Position numbers and translations under genes: made by a program
NCBI GenBank assembly: GCA_964508015.1
Contig: CAZDRG010000002.1
Span: 3,043 to 41,632, forward strand
DNA from: an uncultured Bdellovibrionales bacterium
Lineage (GTDB): Bacteria; Patescibacteriota; Minisyncoccia; Moranbacterales; UBA1568
Length of the DNA: 38,590 nucleotides
Reading direction: 5' to 3'
In this document: piece after piece, positions 16,244-26,179 of the stretch
How the letters are laid out: each line of letters opens with the position of its first letter
How positions within the stretch are numbered: position 1 is the first letter of the stretch
The notes under the pieces: model-generated
Databases searched by the model: none
What the model saw: the letters and a program-made list of their open reading frames with translations, nothing else
What the model was told of the DNA's origin: nothing

Positions 16244-17812
16244 ATGCCCTACCGACCCGTAGTACTTATCGTTCTTGATGGTTGGGGAATCAGCAACAAT
16301 GTTGCGGGAAATCCTATCCGCGAAGCTATTCTTCCAACTTTTGATAAACTTAACCGTTTCTACCCGATGACCACCCTTCAGGCGTCGGGTATTTCTGTTG
16401 GTCTCCCTTGGAGTACGTCTGGGAACAGCGAAGTCGGACATATGACTATCGGAGCTGGTCGTGTCATATATCAAAACCTCCCACGTATCGCTCTCTCCAT
16501 ACAAGACGGTTCTTTCTACAAAAATGAAGCATTGGTTGCGGCCACCGCACATGTCAAAGAAAAAGGAAGCCGACTACATGTCATGGGTCTGATTAGCTCT
16601 GGATCAGTACACTCACACCGAGAGCATCTCTCGGCTATTCTTCGCCTCGCAAAACAAGAAGGACTCTCAGAGGTCTCTATTCACGCCTTTACTGATGGTC
16701 GCGACTCCCCTCCCACCTCTGGTGCTCAGCATATCAAAGAACTTGATCGGGTCACCAAACTCATCGGAATCGGAAATGTCGCCAGTATTTCTGGTCGAAA
16801 TTTCAGTATGGATCGTAATAACAATTGGGATCGTATCGAAAAATCCTATCGAATGCTCACCGAGGGGAAAGCTGAAACGACAGAAGATCCGGTTGCCGCC
16901 ATCGAACGCTCCTATACAAAAGAAATCACTGATGAATTCATCGAACCGATTATTGTGAGCTCGGAAAAAAATCCCTTCATCCCGATTAAGGATGACGATG
17001 CTGTGATTTTTTTCAACTTTCGTGAAGACCGCGCTCGAGAGCTTACCAAAGCCTTTGTGGTACCTGAATTTGAAGGATTTGAACGTGAATACTTAGAGAC
17101 ATTCTTTGTAACCATGACTGAGTATGAGCGGGATCTTCCTGCACATCTCGCTTTCCCTCCAGAAGAAGTATCCAACAGTCTCGGGGAAACAATCAGCCTC
17201 GCGAATAAAAACCAACTCCGTATTGCTGAAACCGAAAAATACGCCCATGTCACCTATTTCTTCAATGGTGGAAAAGAAAAAGCATTCCCAGGTGAAGACC
17301 GAATGCTGATCCCCTCTCCAACCGTATCGCATTTTGATGAAGTTCCTGAAATGAGCGCTCCTCAGGTCACTGATAAACTCATCGAAATGGTTGAGAAAAA
17401 CGAATACGATTTTATTCTCGTCAATTATGCCAATGCCGACATGGTTGGGCACACAGGCAACGAAGAAGCCACTATCATTGCTTGCCAGGCTACCGATAAG
17501 AGCCTTTCGATTCTTATTCCGATTGTTCTCAAGCACAATGGTGCCATACTTATCACCGCCGACCATGGAAATGCTGAGGAACTCAAAAATCTTGAAACGG
17601 GAGAAATCGACACCGAACACTCAGTGAATCCTGTCCCGCTCTGGTTTATCACGCCAGATAATCACCGAGAAAAATCAACTGATGAAATGGTACGAGAACA
17701 AAATGAAATCCGCGGCCTCCTCTCTGATGTTGCTCCGACTATTCTTGATCTCATGGAGATTAAAAAACCAATAGAAATGAATGGCACAAGTCTCTTAAAG
17801 CTCTTCGAGTAG
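16244..17812 (+). CDS. gpmI: 2,3-bisphosphoglycerate-independent phosphoglycerate mutase
   Basis: PVVLIVLDGWG, GNSEVGHMTIGAGR, NYANADMVGHTG and ITADHGNAE are iPGM signatures. The start is taken at ATG 16244 (MPYRPVV) rather than the upstream ATG at 16169. Confidence 0.9.
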   Translation: MPYRPVVLIVLDGWGISNNVAGNPIREAILPTFDKLNRFYPMTTLQASGISVGLPWSTSGNSEVGHMTIGAGRVIYQNLPRIALSIQDGSFYKNEALVAATAHVKEKGSRLHVMGLISSGSVHSHREHLSAILRLAKQEGLSEVSIHAFTDGRDSPPTSGAQHIKELDRVTKLIGIGNVASISGRNFSMDRNNNWDRIEKSYRMLTEGKAETTEDPVAAIERSYTKEITDEFIEPIIVSSEKNPFIPIKDDDAVIFFNFREDRARELTKAFVVPEFEGFEREYLETFFVTMTEYERDLPAHLAFPPEEVSNSLGETISLANKNQLRIAETEKYAHVTYFFNGGKEKAFPGEDRMLIPSPTVSHFDEVPEMSAPQVTDKLIEMVEKNEYDFILVNYANADMVGHTGNEEATIIACQATDKSLSILIPIVLKHNGAILITADHGNAEELKNLETGEIDTEHSVNPVPLWFITPDNHREKSTDEMVREQNEIRGLLSDVAPTILDLMEIKKPIEMNGTSLLKLFE

Positions 17813-17830
17813 ATTTTCCACATCCACACA

Positions 17831-17872
17831 AAAACAAAGAGGATTCAGATCGAATCCTCTTTGTTTGTTTTC
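17831..17872. terminator. Bidirectional intrinsic terminator between convergent gpmI and clpP
   Basis: A perfect 13-bp stem, ACAAAGAGGATTC (17834-17846) with GAATCCTCTTTGT (17852-17864), has a T-rich tail on both strands. Confidence 0.7.
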
Positions 17873-17904
17873 ATCGAAACTCTGGAAATCAAAACTCAAT
17901 ATAC

Positions 17905-18489
17905 CTACTCAATCATCCGATCCACGATACCATAAGCCACGGCCTCCTCGGCTGACATGAAATAATCCCGATCTGTATCGCGCTCAATCTTCGCGAGCTT
18001 TTGTCCGGTATGTTTTGCCAAAATTTTATTCAATCGATCTCGTGTTTTCAAGATATGCCGAGCGTGAATATCAATTTCCGTTGCCTGTCCTTGCGCTCCT
18101 CCAAGCACCTGATGAATCATAACTTCACTATTTGGAAGCACCATGCGCTTGCCTTTCTTACCAGATGCAAGAAGAAGCGCAGCAGCCGATGCAGCCATAC
18201 CGACGCAAATCGTCTGCATATCCGCTTTCACATACTGCATCGTATCGTAGATAGCGAGAGCTGATGTCACCGAACCACCCGGGCTATTGATATACATCTT
18301 AATGTCTTCCTTCGGATTTTGTGAATCCAAAAAGAGGAGCTGCGCGATAACTGCATTGGCTACACCATCATCAATCGGTGACCCGATAAAGACAATTCGA
18401 TCAAGGAGGAGGCGTGAGTAAATATCATACGCCCTTTCTCCAAAACTCGTCTTCTCGACCACCATGGGTATGAGATAGTTATTTTGCAT
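17905..18489 (-). CDS. clpP: ATP-dependent Clp protease proteolytic subunit
   Basis: [19 protein letters not shown] and [19 protein letters not shown] are canonical. The Ser-His-Asp contexts are [12 protein letters not shown] and DTDRD. Confidence 0.95.
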   Translation of the reverse strand: MQNNYLIPMVVEKTSFGERAYDIYSRLLLDRIVFIGSPIDDGVANAVIAQLLFLDSQNPKEDIKMYINSPGGSVTSALAIYDTMQYVKADMQTICVGMAASAAALLLASGKKGKRMVLPNSEVMIHQVLGGAQGQATEIDIHARHILKTRDRLNKILAKHTGQKLAKIERDTDRDYFMSAEEAVAYGIVDRMIE

Positions 18490-18537
18490 AGAGTATCATT
18501 CGGATACAATTTAAAACCCTCTTCAATCGCAATTTCC

Positions 18538-19836
18538 CTAGAGCTTTTCGAGCATTTCAAATACCTTTTCATTGCGGAGTCGGCCACGAGTGGCGGTATA
18601 CAGTCGTTCAAGATCAATATTTTTTTCTGCATCCTGAACACGTTTGTACTGTTGCAGCACGACATTCATCTCTTGCTCCACCTCTTTGGAATCAATCTCA
18701 ATTTGATCATCCAAGGCCAGTTTTTCAAGGATCAAACCAGCAGAAAGTCTTTTTTTAGCCTGTTCAAGCCAATCCTGTTTCAATGTCTCAAGCGACTTTC
18801 CGACCCGTTCGAGATACTGCTCAAAGGGCATGCCCATATTTTCAATCTGCATCTGAAATTCAGAAGCCATGCGATTCTGTTCTTCTTCGATTAAAATCTC
18901 TGGAAAATCAATAGAGGTATCTGCTACCAAAGCATCCAACAATGCCGTCCGGCTCTCTTCCTTGAAATGATGTCGCTTCTCTTCCAACATTCCCTCGGAA
19001 ATCTTCTTCTGCAAATCAGCCAAAGATTCAAAGGCTCCCAATCCCTGTGCGAACGCATCATCAAGAGCCGGCACTTCTCTTTCTTGTACCAAGCGAAGTT
19101 TCACATGAAATTCAGCTGGATTACCAGCGAGATGTTTGGCATGATAGTCTTCTGGGAACGAAAGAGTAAAGGTTTTCTCTTCGCCTGCCGCCATCCCAAC
19201 AATCATTTCTTCAAACCCTGGGATAAATACTCCCTTCCCAAGTACGAGAGCATGCTTGTCACTTTTCCCTCCTTCAATAATGACTCCGTCCCGACGGACT
19301 TCAAAGTCGACCGCTACACTATCCTCAAGCGCAGCCTTACGATTCACGGTGATAAATTTTGCGCGCATCAAAGCAAGACGATTGAGTTCTTCCTCAACTT
19401 CTTTGGGCTCAACGGCTAATGCTGCTTCTTTCTTTTTCTGTTCTTTGTTTACCGATTGTGCTGATTTTCTCCACGTATCAGCTATCTTTACTTCTGGGAG
19501 CACGGCAGTCGTCACGGTAAACACGAGCGCCTCACCCTCTTGCACTTTCTCAAGTTTGACGTCTGGTTTACCGATGGCATCAATATGCTCTTGCGCCAGC
19601 GCCCGACTATACGCATGTGAAACAGCATGCTCAGCCGCCTCATGCAAAACAACCTCCTTACCATAGCGTTTCTCAATAATGGCACGAGGGACCTTGCCTG
19701 GTCGGAATCCTGAAACTTTGACTTCTTTCGCGACATGCTCCGCAGCGTGGTCACATTCTTTTTGCCATTCATCCCATGCCAAGGTCACATTCATCTCCAC
19801 CTGTGAAGCAGGCAGTTTCTTTACAAGAATATCCAT
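18538..19836 (-). CDS. tig: Trigger factor
   Basis: N-terminal ribosome-binding region with GFRPGKVP, a central FKBP-type PPIase region, and a C-terminal chaperone arm. It sits in the classical position upstream of clpP. Confidence 0.9.
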   Translation of the reverse strand: MDILVKKLPASQVEMNVTLAWDEWQKECDHAAEHVAKEVKVSGFRPGKVPRAIIEKRYGKEVVLHEAAEHAVSHAYSRALAQEHIDAIGKPDVKLEKVQEGEALVFTVTTAVLPEVKIADTWRKSAQSVNKEQKKKEAALAVEPKEVEEELNRLALMRAKFITVNRKAALEDSVAVDFEVRRDGVIIEGGKSDKHALVLGKGVFIPGFEEMIVGMAAGEEKTFTLSFPEDYHAKHLAGNPAEFHVKLRLVQEREVPALDDAFAQGLGAFESLADLQKKISEGMLEEKRHHFKEESRTALLDALVADTSIDFPEILIEEEQNRMASEFQMQIENMGMPFEQYLERVGKSLETLKQDWLEQAKKRLSAGLILEKLALDDQIEIDSKEVEQEMNVVLQQYKRVQDAEKNIDLERLYTATRGRLRNEKVFEMLEKL

Positions 19837-19971
19837 ATTGTCTGTCTGTATAGCTAATAGATTAGAATTTCATTCTCAAACAACCATAATTGATTCAGTC
19901 TGTTCTCGGATACCAAAAAACATCGGTACCCTCAAAGCATTTCTCTGAAATAACTGCGACGAAGAGAAATA

Positions 19972-20505
19972 TTATTTCCCAAATTTCTCCTGGTACATCT
20001 TGAGACCCTTCACCACTGTTGCGAGAGCCGCTGTCTTCCCCTCAATTCCCTGAACGACTACTTCTTTCCCATCATCAATTGTTTTGTATGTCTCAAAGAA
20101 ATGCTGAATTTCCTTCACAACATGCTTATTGATATCTTCAAGATCTTGGATTTCATCGAAACGAGGATCACTCTTTGGAACGGCGATGATTTTATCATCA
20201 CCTTCACCACAATCAATCACCCGCATCACAGCAATCGGACGAGCTTCCACGAGAATACCCGGGACGAGTGGCGAGGTAGTCAAAAGCACGATATCCAATG
20301 GATCATTATCTTCCCAGAGACTCTGCGGTACAAATCCATAATCAAATGGATAGTCCTGCGAAGTCTTCATCGCGCGATCAAGCTTAATCAGACCGGTTTC
20401 TTTGTCGATTTCGTACTTATTCTTCGACCCCTTTTGAATCTCGATAATCACATTGATACTGTCTGGGACATTCTTTCCACAAGAAACTTCATGCCAAAGA
20501 TTCAT
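19972..20505 (-). CDS. ppa: Inorganic pyrophosphatase (family I)
   Basis: KNKYEIDKETG, YPFDYGFVPQS, DNDPLDIVLL and DDKIIAV are family I PPase signatures. Confidence 0.9.
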   Translation of the reverse strand: MNLWHEVSCGKNVPDSINVIIEIQKGSKNKYEIDKETGLIKLDRAMKTSQDYPFDYGFVPQSLWEDNDPLDIVLLTTSPLVPGILVEARPIAVMRVIDCGEGDDKIIAVPKSDPRFDEIQDLEDINKHVVKEIQHFFETYKTIDDGKEVVVQGIEGKTAALATVVKGLKMYQEKFGK

Positions 20506-20545
20506 ACTCGTTGTAAATTTATATTGCTCAATTTATATTCGCAAG

Positions 20546-21799
20546 TTATTCCTCCTCGCTTATTGGCTCGTCAACGGAGACAGCGGCTTCTTTTTCTTCT
20601 TGTGCTGCGAGAGGCTCGTCATTCCCGACCACATCAATTCTCCATCCCGAAAGCTTGGCAGCAAGACGCACATTCTGCCCACGCTTTCCGATAGCCAATG
20701 AAAGCTGATCCTGTGGCACCTTCACCAGAGCGCGGTTTTCATCTTCAAACAGTTCCACCGAAACGACTTTCGCTGGAGACATAGCAGCTGTAATAAACTG
20801 TCGCATATCACTGCTCCACTCGATGATATCGATTTTTTCTCCGCCAAGCTCATCAATGACTGCTTGCACACGGGTTCCTTTTTGCCCAACACATGACCCG
20901 ATGGGGTCAACTCCCTCTTCGGATGTCATGACAGCAATTTTGGTACGAGATCCAGCCTCACGAGCGATAGCTTTCACTTCTACGGTACCGGTCGATATTT
21001 CTGGCACTTCAAGAGAGAATAGATGACGAACCATTTCTGGATGTGTTCGAGAAAGCAGAAGTCCCGGGCCACGAGTATCCTCTTCGACTCGGACCAAATA
21101 TACTTTCAGATGTTGCCCAACACGATAGCGCTCTCCTTCGACTTGTTCGGAAGGGAAAAGCACGCCGATGGATTTTCCAAGGTCAACAAAAATATTCCGC
21201 CCTTCAATCCGTTGAACAATACCATTGATAATTTGCCCTTCTTTCTCTTTATATTCCTCAAACATCGTTTCACGTTCTGCTTCACGAATACGCTGAATAA
21301 CCACCTGCTTAGCGGTCTGCGCTGCTACTCGGCCAAATTCTTCATGTGCCTCAAGTGGCAGCTCGAGAGTATCACCAACCTGGACATCACTCTTGATTAG
21401 CTTGGCTTCCTCAAGAGTCATATCACGCTCGGCATTGAAGCGGGGCAAACGATCTTCATCGACCACTTCTTCTGTTTCGCGTCGCTCAGAAGTGTTCGCC
21501 TCATCTTCTGTTTCTTCAACCACAACGAATTCGCGTGTTGTGTCATCAACTACTTCTTTCACGAGAAAGTACGATGCTACTTTGAGAACATCATCAAATT
21601 TTGATTTGATAACTTGGCCCTTCTTGCCATAATCTTTCTTATAAGCAGCAGCCAACGCCGCCTCGACCACCTCTAATACTCGTTCTTTCGATAGGCCCTT
21701 CTCATCGGCAATCTGCATCACCGCGCTCCCGAATTCTCCCAAGCGTCCAGAAAGGCTTTCGCTTGATTCTGCTCCGTCAATTACTTTGTGTGCTGTCAT
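20546..21799 (-). CDS. nusA: Transcription termination/antitermination factor NusA
   Basis: The N-terminal domain is followed by an S1 domain (GQIINGIVQRIEGRNIFVDLG) and two KH domains (IGSCVGQKGTRVQAV, LAIGKRGQNVRLA). An acidic insertion is present (EETEDEANTSERRETEE). Confidence 0.9.
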   Translation of the reverse strand: MTAHKVIDGAESSESLSGRLGEFGSAVMQIADEKGLSKERVLEVVEAALAAAYKKDYGKKGQVIKSKFDDVLKVASYFLVKEVVDDTTREFVVVEETEDEANTSERRETEEVVDEDRLPRFNAERDMTLEEAKLIKSDVQVGDTLELPLEAHEEFGRVAAQTAKQVVIQRIREAERETMFEEYKEKEGQIINGIVQRIEGRNIFVDLGKSIGVLFPSEQVEGERYRVGQHLKVYLVRVEEDTRGPGLLLSRTHPEMVRHLFSLEVPEISTGTVEVKAIAREAGSRTKIAVMTSEEGVDPIGSCVGQKGTRVQAVIDELGGEKIDIIEWSSDMRQFITAAMSPAKVVSVELFEDENRALVKVPQDQLSLAIGKRGQNVRLAAKLSGWRIDVVGNDEPLAAQEEKEAAVSVDEPISEEE

Positions 21800-21982
21800 A
21801 AATATTGCGTCTTAATTTACCTGATTTACAATTAACCTTTCTGCCTCTTCCTTAATTATATACTGAAATGAGAGGATCAGGTATGGCTTTTTATAGCCAT
21901 TTCAAGAAAAAAAGCCCGCTTTCGCGAACCTGCACCTTCTCTTCACCTCACAGAGACAGTATAGCAAAAAAAGCTTCCTTCG

Positions 21983-22633
21983 TCAATATGCTCGCCGTGT
22001 ATTTCCCTGCCATTCGGGAATATTGGCGGCGGCACGCTCCACCAGACTGGCTCTCCGCAGTAAACGACGATTGGGCGGCGGAACTATTTCGTAGTGTGGA
22101 GAATCATCGAGGTCTGCCGCAAGTCCAAACAAGTTCTCCTCGCTCGTCATCCACTCGTGATCGTATGACTGCAGAGAAAAGGGGCGCGAAAAAGTAAGCA
22201 AAGTCTTGTCTCCATTCTTAATCAGAAAGTATTCGTGAAAATAGGAGAGGGCGAGCTCTCGAACAGTTTTATATATGGGATCACGATAACGCAGAACTGC
22301 ATGGTTCGTCTTACTCAATGCTCCCCAATAACCATTTCTACGAAACAGTGCCACTACGTGCTCTTGATCGGTTTTTTTGGTTTTGAGATCGAGTAACAGC
22401 GGTTTTTCGCCCTGCACATACAGAGCGAGAGCTGCCACAAGTGCTCCCTCGATACAGTGGGCTCGATTCTCCCGCATTACCCACCGCGGTGAATGACATG
22501 TGTCCCCATTTTCTTCCATATTCATCGGAAGCGCATCTAAAAAATCCTGAATTTTCCCAGGATTCGAAAGTTTTTTTAAAAGAGTTTCCTCCTGCTTCGT
22601 TAAATCAAACATACGCCAAACAGTGTGAACCAA
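21983..22633 (-). CDS. Hypothetical protein; tentative transglutaminase/papain-like Cys-His arrangement
   Basis: The 216-aa ORF contains RAHCIEGALVAALAL ... EHVVALFRRNGYWGAL, which resembles a Cys...His core. This is unverified. Confidence 0.55.
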   Translation of the reverse strand: MVHTVWRMFDLTKQEETLLKKLSNPGKIQDFLDALPMNMEENGDTCHSPRWVMRENRAHCIEGALVAALALYVQGEKPLLLDLKTKKTDQEHVVALFRRNGYWGALSKTNHAVLRYRDPIYKTVRELALSYFHEYFLIKNGDKTLLTFSRPFSLQSYDHEWMTSEENLFGLAADLDDSPHYEIVPPPNRRLLRRASLVERAAANIPEWQGNTRRAY

Positions 22634-22758
22634 TCGAGTGCTCTCTTTCTATTCACACAAATCCAAGGAATCTCATGTTCGTACTTCCCGAGTACATTCA
22701 ATAAAAAAATATAAAAACTACTCACATCTTCAATGTGTATCACGCAATGACTCATTGA

Positions 22759-23736
22759 TTATTCAGCTCCTTGATCATCAAGTTGACTGAAATACATATT
22801 CACATCACTAATCCATTTTTTTACACTTTCGCGACTATGTCCCTCACAGGAGAAGCCGCATTTCCAAAGAATCATTTTTTCTGGGGTATTCAGTTTCTGA
22901 GAATAAACTAGCTTCTCAATGCGCTTTGCTACTGTATCAACAGCATCCTTACGACTATTGAAACAAGTATGTCCTCCAGTTCCCATCAATCGACGCACAC
23001 CTCGATATCCCCAATAATTGAAACAATCTTGACCGTCAAGAACCGGGACGCGCTTTCCCCAATTGCTTTCTTTCTTTGCAATCCCCACGAGAAAGGCAGC
23101 GACTGTCCGATCTTTCTCAAAAATATAGGGTAACATTCCCTCAATTGGATGCCCTTTCACCATATCGGTCATCTTGGTCCGATATTCTTCTTCCGCAGCC
23201 TCACTGAAGTATTCCAGGAAAACATCTTCTCCTTCACCTGAAGAGTTTGCTGCGATATTCATTCCTCCACTCTCGGAAGTCACCACTGTCATGGCTGAAG
23301 ATGTTTCCACCACTGGTTCCTGAGCTGAAACGCCCTGATCAAATAATGCAAATGTAATGGCTGTCACAAAAACACCAAAAGCAACTCCGCTCGCGAGGGA
23401 GATGTAGAGCGCACGTTTTGGAGAAGTAAAGAAGAGATATTGCGATCCGCGAATTTTAGCAAGCAGAACGACAAACAGTCCCGTAACATCACCTAGACGT
23501 CCACGTGCGGAAGTCAAATCCAAACTAAATCTTGCCTGGTGGTGTTGTGTGTGGAAAGAGTTTTTTTCCGCCTTTGGTTCATACTCGATAAGCGGCTGGG
23601 ACACGGTCTCCTCACTCTGTTTCTGCCGCGAATCAGAAAAAAATCTGCTCATGGAACGTACCGGCAACACAGGAGACTGTGGTAAACATCGCTGCACTCC
23701 ATCCAAACTTTTTCTTTGTAAAGGGTTTGTGTTCAT
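22759..23736 (-). CDS. Hypothetical membrane-anchored protein
   Basis: A long polar N-terminus is followed by one TM helix (ISLASGVAFGVFVTAITFALF) and an extracytoplasmic domain. The segment GIAKKESNWG faintly resembles a lysozyme-like/transglycosylase E-S motif. This is not enough to make a call. Confidence 0.55.
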   Translation of the reverse strand: MNTNPLQRKSLDGVQRCLPQSPVLPVRSMSRFFSDSRQKQSEETVSQPLIEYEPKAEKNSFHTQHHQARFSLDLTSARGRLGDVTGLFVVLLAKIRGSQYLFFTSPKRALYISLASGVAFGVFVTAITFALFDQGVSAQEPVVETSSAMTVVTSESGGMNIAANSSGEGEDVFLEYFSEAAEEEYRTKMTDMVKGHPIEGMLPYIFEKDRTVAAFLVGIAKKESNWGKRVPVLDGQDCFNYWGYRGVRRLMGTGGHTCFNSRKDAVDTVAKRIEKLVYSQKLNTPEKMILWKCGFSCEGHSRESVKKWISDVNMYFSQLDDQGAE

Positions 23737-23759
23737 TTGATATTGATATTGCTCTATTT

Positions 23760-24185
23760 TTATTTGCTCTCAGTTGATGGTTGGCTTACTGTATCTTCTG
23801 TCATACCGGCTTTCCCAAGAAATTCCTTCTCAACATCTGGCTCTCCGATAAAACATCGGCCGTCCGAAAAGAGAAATGGTACTCCGATGTCTTTGATTGA
23901 TAACCCGCAACCTTTCGCTCGACGATTCATTTCTTTAGCATTTGTGCCATCTTTCCAAACCTCTTTCTGCTCAAATGTCACTCGATCTGCGACGTGCTTC
24001 TCCTCAAGAAATTTCTTCACCTTTTCACAATGAGAACAGCCATCACCCCAGTACAGAGTCATCGTGTCAGGAAGCGCAGTCGTATCAGATTCATTCTCAT
24101 CACGCATCCCCCATACCACAATAGCACTAACCAAAACTGCCAGAACAATACCTATCCAAACATTCGTATTTTTCATTATTTTCAT
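23760..24185 (-). CDS. Membrane-anchored thioredoxin/glutaredoxin-fold protein (CxxC)
   Basis: An N-terminal TM helix is followed by YWGDGCSHCEKVKKFL, then a cis-Pro-like GVPFLF. The ATGA start overlaps the lgt stop. Confidence 0.7.
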   Translation of the reverse strand: MKIMKNTNVWIGIVLAVLVSAIVVWGMRDENESDTTALPDTMTLYWGDGCSHCEKVKKFLEEKHVADRVTFEQKEVWKDGTNAKEMNRRAKGCGLSIKDIGVPFLFSDGRCFIGEPDVEKEFLGKAGMTEDTVSQPSTESK

Positions 24186-25051
24186 TCTTTAACTAGCCGT
24201 TTTAGTATAGCATATTTTTTCCGCATCTTCATTAACCCGCCAGCCAATTGCCAGAGCCATGCCCCGCCAAAAATTACAAGCCCCAAAGATAATATCTGTC
24301 CCAAAGAAAAAATACCTCCGATGAAGCCAATCTGCATATCTGGTTCGCGCCAGTATTCTAAAATAAATCGAATGGCACCGTAACTAAAGAGAAACCATGC
24401 CGTCAAAACACCGAGACGATGTTTTTTTCTTCCGATCCAAAGAAGGAACAAGAACAATAATACCCCCTCGCCAAACATTTCATACAATTGTGAAGGATGT
24501 CGCAGCACCTCTCCAATCGCTCCAGGAAAAAACATTCCCCACGCTACGTCTGTAGGTCTCCCCCAAAGCTCTCCATTAAAAAAATTTCCCAGTCTTCCAA
24601 AAATGATGCCGAGCGGAATCAGCGCTACCCATCTATCAGTCCATACTAAAAACGAAAAATTATTCGCCCGAGTCCACCAATACATTCCCATAGCCGCTCC
24701 GAGTAATGCGCCATGAAAACTCAGTCCTCCTATTCCAGAAAAGTGCCCAGTCACAGGATCAAATGGCCAAAAAATCTGTATCGGATACGCGAGAAAATAC
24801 GCCGGAGCATACCAAAACGCATAACCAAGACGAGCACCCAGAAAGGAACCAACGAGTACCCAGAAGAACATATCCTCGAGCTTCTGTTCTGTCATACCCC
24901 AAGAAAAACGTCTCCGAGATGCTAACAGGCACAGCCACATCACGCCTATCCCCAACATGAAACAAACCGCATACCAACGAACAGAAAAAATACCGACTGA
25001 GAAAAAAATCGGATTCAAATGTTCTGGAAGATGTTGCCACCACCCACTCAT
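24182..25051 (-). CDS. lgt: Prolipoprotein diacylglyceryl transferase
   Basis: VRWYAVCFMLGI, FHGALLG and IIFGRLGNFFNGELWGRPTDVAWGMFF are Lgt signatures. The gene overlaps the upstream gene by 4 nt. Confidence 0.9.
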   Translation of the reverse strand: MSGWWQHLPEHLNPIFFSVGIFSVRWYAVCFMLGIGVMWLCLLASRRRFSWGMTEQKLEDMFFWVLVGSFLGARLGYAFWYAPAYFLAYPIQIFWPFDPVTGHFSGIGGLSFHGALLGAAMGMYWWTRANNFSFLVWTDRWVALIPLGIIFGRLGNFFNGELWGRPTDVAWGMFFPGAIGEVLRHPSQLYEMFGEGVLLFLFLLWIGRKKHRLGVLTAWFLFSYGAIRFILEYWREPDMQIGFIGGIFSLGQILSLGLVIFGGAWLWQLAGGLMKMRKKYAILKRLVKE

Positions 25052-26121
25052 GTGCCTGTTTTTGCCTGATTGTAAGACTTCAATTGATGATGAAACTCTG
25101 TTGTATATATTTCAGCCAATGCAAGGAAAAGCGCCACAACAATAGGTCCAATAATAAATCCTAATAAACCAAAAAGAGAAAGTCCGCCCAGTGTTGCGAA
25201 GAAAACAAGCAAGGGATGCATGTGTGTATCACGACCAACGAGCTTAGGTCGAAGAATATTATCAATGGTCGACACAATACCAAGACCGACACCCAAAACA
25301 AAAAGTCCCTGCCAAATATTTCCAAGGAGAAGGAGTATGATGCCTGCTGGAAACCATATAATCCCTGACCCAATCATAGGAATAATGGAAAAAAACACCA
25401 TAATCATACCCCAAATAAGTGGCGACGGAACACCGACAATCCAGAACGCCGTCCCTCCCAGTACTCCCTGCACAATACCTACCAGAAGCGTCCCCTTAAT
25501 TGTGGCACGACTAATTGAAACAAATTTCTTCATGAGCATACGATCATGTTCGTCTCGCAGCGGACTGAGTCGAGTCAGATAGTTGATTGCCCGAGTGCCA
25601 TCCACCAAAAAATAAAAAAGTGCAAAAAACATCACGAAAATCCAGAAGAAAAAATGCGCTATACCCTGATAGGCTGCTTGAAGCAAGACTAAGGCGTTTT
25701 TACTCAGCGCTCGAAGATCCGATGAGAAAGTATCTATATTAAAGACATCTATCTGAAAAAAATGACCAATGACTGGTATTTGTCCAGCGCTCGCGAAAAA
25801 ACGTGCGGCAATGACTTCAGCTGACTGTCCCTCGCCAATAGAAGTATAGAGAGAGCTCGCCTCTCGAACAGCGAAAGTAAGTGAAACAAAAACGGGTACC
25901 ACAATGACAAAAGCCACCAAAAGACATGTCAGTAACGCGCTTGTCGTGTGACTGTCTCGAGTTTCGCGCAGCAGCCAATGATACGGACGCTGGAAGAGTA
26001 CGGCCAGAATAGACGCGATTATAATAGCAGAAAAAAACGGGAGAAAAAGAAACACAACCCCGACGGCTGCCAAGAGGAAGAACAGAAAGAAAAAATAGGT
26101 ATTGAAGTGACGAAGTTCCAT
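25048..26121 (-). CDS. AI-2E family transporter (PerM/UPF0118)
   Basis: Polytopic membrane protein with a C-terminal region typical of the family (ILRPKLVGRDTHMHPLLVFFATLGGLSLFGLLGFIIGP). The start is taken at ATG 26121 (MELRHF) to avoid overlapping mutY. Confidence 0.8.
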   Translation of the reverse strand: MELRHFNTYFFFLFFLLAAVGVVFLFLPFFSAIIIASILAVLFQRPYHWLLRETRDSHTTSALLTCLLVAFVIVVPVFVSLTFAVREASSLYTSIGEGQSAEVIAARFFASAGQIPVIGHFFQIDVFNIDTFSSDLRALSKNALVLLQAAYQGIAHFFFWIFVMFFALFYFLVDGTRAINYLTRLSPLRDEHDRMLMKKFVSISRATIKGTLLVGIVQGVLGGTAFWIVGVPSPLIWGMIMVFFSIIPMIGSGIIWFPAGIILLLLGNIWQGLFVLGVGLGIVSTIDNILRPKLVGRDTHMHPLLVFFATLGGLSLFGLLGFIIGPIVVALFLALAEIYTTEFHHQLKSYNQAKTGT

Positions 26122-26179
26122 AGAAGTAATTTCATTATGCCATGAGATATTCAAGAAGACAATCGTTCTCGTAAATGAC

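Noticed and set aside
15980-16552. 190-aa minus-strand ORF overlapping the gpmI 5' end, and similar long antisense ORFs (4599-5132, 17093-17620, 20101-20694, 32224-32637, 35797-36312)
   Set aside because: Each lies antisense to a confidently identified conserved gene. Each has a low-complexity or Arg/Ser-rich composition typical of shadow frames, and each lacks a ribosome-binding site.
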